Below are positions 16,784 through 20,000 of a DNA stretch of 20,000 nucleotides, in pieces. Position numbers and translations under genes: made by a program. The stretch lies in the IMG/VR virus record IMGVR_UViG_3300028833_000147. The stretch is one strand, 5' to 3'. Source of the stretch: an uncultured virus (IMG/VR IMGVR_UViG_3300028833_000147). Taxonomy: Duplodnaviria > Heunggongvirae > Uroviricota > Caudoviricetes. Position 1 is the first letter of the stretch, and every line of letters starts with the position of its first letter. The notes beneath the pieces are model-generated. The model ran no database searches and was not told the origin of the DNA. It worked only from the letters and a program-made list of their open reading frames with translations.

Positions 16784-17137
16784 CCTCTCATTTCATTTTG
16801 GGTATCTATCTCCGATGTTGTATATTTCAAAATCGTCTTTCGAACATTCAAATTCATATGTAACAAGTTCACCATTTTTCTTACCGGAGATTGTTAAGGT
16901 GAACTTCTCTGGATGGTGTACTCTACCAAACTTTGTCATTAGTGAACGTTCTTCTGAATGAGATTTATCAACTACGATACCCGAATCAATTTGATTCTTT
17001 CCATTTTTATGATAATCAATATAGCTTTTAATAAGACATATTAAAGGAATACTGACCATAAGTATTGCGATAACAAAAAGCGTTTTTAGAATTATTTCCT
17101 CAAACTTACTCATCATCCTCGCCTCTCATTTCATTTT
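16784..17137. repeat. 16-bp direct repeat pair cctctcatttcatttt (16784-16799 and 17122-17137)
   Basis: Exact match. On the - strand it reads aaaaTGAaatGAGAGG, i.e. stop codon plus RBS. Confidence 0.8.
16793..17116 (-). CDS. Single-pass membrane protein with an OB-fold-like soluble domain
   Basis: 107 aa. N-terminal TM segment (LFVIAILMVSIPLICLI) followed by GIVVDK...EKFTLTI...F...NIGD, reminiscent of DUF2500-like proteins. Confidence 0.7.
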   Translation of the reverse strand: MMSKFEEIILKTLFVIAILMVSIPLICLIKSYIDYHKNGKNQIDSGIVVDKSHSEERSLMTKFGRVHHPEKFTLTISGKKNGELVTYEFECSKDDFEIYNIGDRYPK

Positions 17138-17382
17138 CGATTACGCAATCTAATTGCTATCTCATTACCGATATCTTCGGCGGTTTCGTATAGTTTTCTG
17201 AATAATACATAAACCCCGATTATTGGTAAGAATATTGGCCATATTATCATGAAGACAATATCGAAATCATCAATCGTCTTAATAGCTGATACAGAATTAT
17301 CATAAACTGTTATAACGATTTTGGTTATAAACATTCCAACGAAATATCCGACGACAGATATCAATATAATTATTACATTCAT
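17131..17382 (-). CDS. Small membrane protein (two predicted TM helices)
   Basis: 83 aa with VIIILISVVGYFVGMFI and IVFMIIWPIFLPIIGVYVLF. Confidence 0.75.
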   Translation of the reverse strand: MNVIIILISVVGYFVGMFITKIVITVYDNSVSAIKTIDDFDIVFMIIWPIFLPIIGVYVLFRKLYETAEDIGNEIAIRLRNRK

Positions 17383-17388
17383 CTATTA

Positions 17389-18648
17389 TCACTCTCCATA
17401 ACGCCATGTCATTACATTCTCTTCACCAGTGATAGCCCTTGAATCGTTCATGATAAGTCGGAATACACCAGATTTAAATTCGTATTCATCACCCCATTTT
17501 ATAGAGTTCCGCATATTCAATTTAGGACCGATAAACCATGAATCACACAGAGTAGAATCTGATGTTGTTTCTTTTGGAAGTAATAACCAATCATAGTGTT
17601 CATTCCAATACATGAATCTGGAAATATATCCAGAGTCAGATGATACGGTAACACCAGTGTATATATTATTTATGAACAGTGAATTCTTTTCGTCGGTGTA
17701 TGCATTGGATACCAATATTGCACCGTTATTATATTCGATACCATGATATCGATTACTTGGTCCTTCTTCTTCTCTCTTTGTACCAACCTCAATGAGATAT
17801 AGCAGCTGCAATCCTGACACAATTTCTATTGTAAGAGACATCTCATCGCATGGATCAGTATCAACATATTTATGTTTTTTAGTGTTTATTACCACCGAAT
17901 GCATATAACAACCGTTTTCTTTATTATAGAACATAGGATGTACCTTCCATCCATTATCCATACAGCATTTCTTATCGGATTCCGATGAAGGAATTAATAT
18001 CTCATATCCCACACAATCTGTATGAGAATCTTTTGTACGTGTCACCCTGTATAAGAATTGTTTGATTTCTGTTGTGTGAGGTGCACTCCGATCAAATATC
18101 TGATCAATATCTGTTGCACAAATTTCATGATCCTTCCCATTAGCGTAATCAATTACGCGGCACCACCATTTGTTAGAAAAGGAGGTTGAACCATATGGCC
18201 TTGACACTGTCAACGGTTCATCAAGATCAGTTTCTGTATTGACGGTATTGATAACATCCGTTATTACATTATCGAAGTTTTGTTGTACTGTCACTTTGCC
18301 AGTGCGACTTACTGCGTTACGGATTTCCTTCATCTTTTCTTCAGGTATATCAGCTGATGCAGATATAGCTACTGGATCATTCTTTAACATTAACCACATG
18401 CCATCATTTAATACAGCTTTATACAGGTTATACTTCTCCATCATTTTTGGAGTTATCGAGAAATAATTACTTGTATTAACTGTTTTCAACCATTCGGAAA
18501 ATGTCAGATGTTCATCATCCATAGCTGTTAATACAACAATCCGTCTTTTCAAGGTTTCTTTATCTTCCAAAACATACGGAAGATTTATGATCAGGCCACA
18601 ATGACCTGTATCAAACTTACTTACTACAATATCATTCAAAGGTTTCAT
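17389..18648 (-). CDS. Multidomain hypothetical protein; N-terminal domain belongs to the beta-barrel paralogue family
   Basis: 419 aa with RBS gagaggag. The first ~80 aa align with 13593-13901. Confidence 0.8.
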   Translation of the reverse strand: MKPLNDIVVSKFDTGHCGLIINLPYVLEDKETLKRRIVVLTAMDDEHLTFSEWLKTVNTSNYFSITPKMMEKYNLYKAVLNDGMWLMLKNDPVAISASADIPEEKMKEIRNAVSRTGKVTVQQNFDNVITDVINTVNTETDLDEPLTVSRPYGSTSFSNKWWCRVIDYANGKDHEICATDIDQIFDRSAPHTTEIKQFLYRVTRTKDSHTDCVGYEILIPSSESDKKCCMDNGWKVHPMFYNKENGCYMHSVVINTKKHKYVDTDPCDEMSLTIEIVSGLQLLYLIEVGTKREEEGPSNRYHGIEYNNGAILVSNAYTDEKNSLFINNIYTGVTVSSDSGYISRFMYWNEHYDWLLLPKETTSDSTLCDSWFIGPKLNMRNSIKWGDEYEFKSGVFRLIMNDSRAITGEENVMTWRYGE

Positions 18649-18650
18649 AA

Positions 18651-19010
18651 TTATACTCCTCTCACCGGTTTATATCCCGCCTTTATTTGAGTCGGGATTT
18701 TGTTTATAATGATTCTGTATCCCAATAAAGGCGGATCTCCGGGATTACGAGTCACATGATATACTCGATAATCCTTTTTACCCCAGGAATGTTCCCATAA
18801 CTGGAAATTTTCTTTCTTCAATATGAATCCATCCTGAGGATCGCCTGTAACGAACATTGCTTTGAACAACCTACTGTTATTGTCATCATAGATGCATTTA
18901 TCCCAGAACATGTCATCAGCTGCAGCGATATTTGGTGCATCCACAAAGAATGAATGTGGTTGCATCCTACTTTCAGCACCAGGATCAACCGTTACTAGAT
19001 ACATACTCAT
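18651..19010 (-). CDS. Hypothetical protein
   Basis: 119 aa with RBS aaggagg. Confidence 0.75.
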   Translation of the reverse strand: MSMYLVTVDPGAESRMQPHSFFVDAPNIAAADDMFWDKCIYDDNNSRLFKAMFVTGDPQDGFILKKENFQLWEHSWGKKDYRVYHVTRNPGDPPLLGYRIIINKIPTQIKAGYKPVRGV

Positions 19011-19031
19011 TATTTCTTTTCCTCCTTCTTA

Positions 19032-19280
19032 TTAATCTCCGTAGTGTGTAATGTAAGAATCCGAACGGAATTCACAATTCGGAATATATGCATTAGCCAC
19101 ATTTCTTAACGCAGCAAACAGATCAGGTCTGTCGTCAACAGCTTTACCGTTGACATATACCATACCTTTCTTGATCTCAACCTTGCCTTCTTCATACACA
19201 AGTTTGTCCATATGAAGAACTTCACATAATGCTTTAAAAGCCTGGTAGAAATCCATATCAAACTCAATACTAATTTTCAT
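19032..19280 (-). CDS. Hypothetical protein
   Basis: 82 aa with RBS gaggaggt. Confidence 0.75.
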   Translation of the reverse strand: MKISIEFDMDFYQAFKALCEVLHMDKLVYEEGKVEIKKGMVYVNGKAVDDRPDLFAALRNVANAYIPNCEFRSDSYITHYGD

Positions 19281-19722
19281 TGTTTACCTCCTCATTAAAT
19301 TTGAAAGTATATGATGATGCATACTTAGCATCCGTCCCACCAGGGATGAATGAACTTGCTGACAGTTTGAATGTTCTACCCCACCAAGGCGTCATATTAA
19401 CGAATGATTTACGTTGTTTCGACAATTTGGAGAAGTTTCCCTTGAAACGGGTGTTCTTTGTCCATCTAATACGGTCCATGTAAAACGGTTTATAAACCTT
19501 CGTGATATTATTATACTTAAATTGATATCCTGGTTTCAAGCTTTCTGTGCCATGAAATACACGTGTCATCCATAGTAATCTATCCCAATCGCGAACACGA
19601 GTCGGGAGACTTCTAATTTCCTTTATATGTTGCTTTCTGGATAGGTTGGTATATGCACCTTGTGAGAATATTGCTCGATAACAATGGTGGGTTATATTCT
19701 TTTTACGTATTCTCAGATTCAT
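19270..19722 (-). CDS. Basic hypothetical protein (N-terminus MNLRIRKK)
   Basis: Start revised to 19722, 6 nt after aaggagg; 150 aa, Arg/Lys/aromatic-rich. Confidence 0.7.
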   Translation of the reverse strand: MNLRIRKKNITHHCYRAIFSQGAYTNLSRKQHIKEIRSLPTRVRDWDRLLWMTRVFHGTESLKPGYQFKYNNITKVYKPFYMDRIRWTKNTRFKGNFSKLSKQRKSFVNMTPWWGRTFKLSASSFIPGGTDAKYASSYTFKFNEEVNNEN

Positions 19723-19999
19723 CATTGTCCTCCTTGAGTATATCATGTTCATATTTGACCATATGTGCTATATGCATTTCCATGTTATCGTCATCAACAC
19801 CGCACAGATCTCTGAAACCTTCCATGAATGCTGGGAAACAATCAGGACATATGTCAAAGTCTGTTTCATGATACCCTTTGTCATGATCATATGGTGCGTT
19901 CTGAATTCTTTTGCACCGATACCATACCTTTGGATACTGGGCTTGATCTTTGCCATATCCTGTATATTTGATATCAGATTCAAACATGTATCCGTTATC
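19703..19999 (-). CDS. Hypothetical protein, 5'-truncated, with probable half zinc finger (DICPDC)
   Basis: The frame is open past the window edge (gat aac gga tac atg). The partner CxxC would be expected upstream. Confidence 0.6.
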   Translation of the reverse strand, partial: DNGYMFESDIKYTGYGKDQAQYPKVWYRCKRIQNAPYDHDKGYHETDFDICPDCFPAFMEGFRDLCGVDDDNMEMHIAHMVKYEHDILKEDNDESENT

Positions 20000-20000
20000 G

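Noticed and set aside
1..20000. Stop-codon reassignment, tRNA genes, integrase or transposase
   Set aside because: Standard-code ORFs tile the window almost completely, with TAA, TGA and TAG all used as stops. Intergenic gaps are too short for tRNAs or lack a cloverleaf, and no recombinase motifs were seen.

Overview
This is an AT-rich fragment of a large tailed dsDNA phage genome. Strong AGGAGG-type RBSs and the protein families suggest a low-GC Gram-positive host, but that is inference. Bases 1-10597 (+ strand) form a virion adsorption module: a short fibre-associated ORF, a Ser/Thr-rich needle-like fibre, a 790-aa collagen/knob fibre, a double LamG lectin protein, a 69-aa ORF and a 1415-aa tail fibre. 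Bases 10650-20000 (- strand) hold about 22 tightly packed small genes, mostly hypothetical. They include a clear Thg1-like 3'-5' nucleotidyltransferase, two zinc-ribbon proteins and three small membrane proteins. The two blocks converge on a hairpin terminator at about 10601-10645. The most unusual signals are: (i) an 11-residue motif recurring at the distal ends of three consecutive fibre proteins, with a matching N-terminal motif in the next gene, possibly a plug-and-socket chain; (ii) mirror-ordered repeats in the 411-aa protein; (iii) a knob domain shared between two fibre genes with DNA-level similarity; (iv) a covarying 30-nt hairpin present twice; (v) a four-member family of small beta-barrel paralogues; (vi) a 16-bp direct repeat bracketing exactly one gene. 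I saw no tRNA, CRISPR array, integrase, transposase or DGR. All family assignments come from motif recognition by eye, not database searches.
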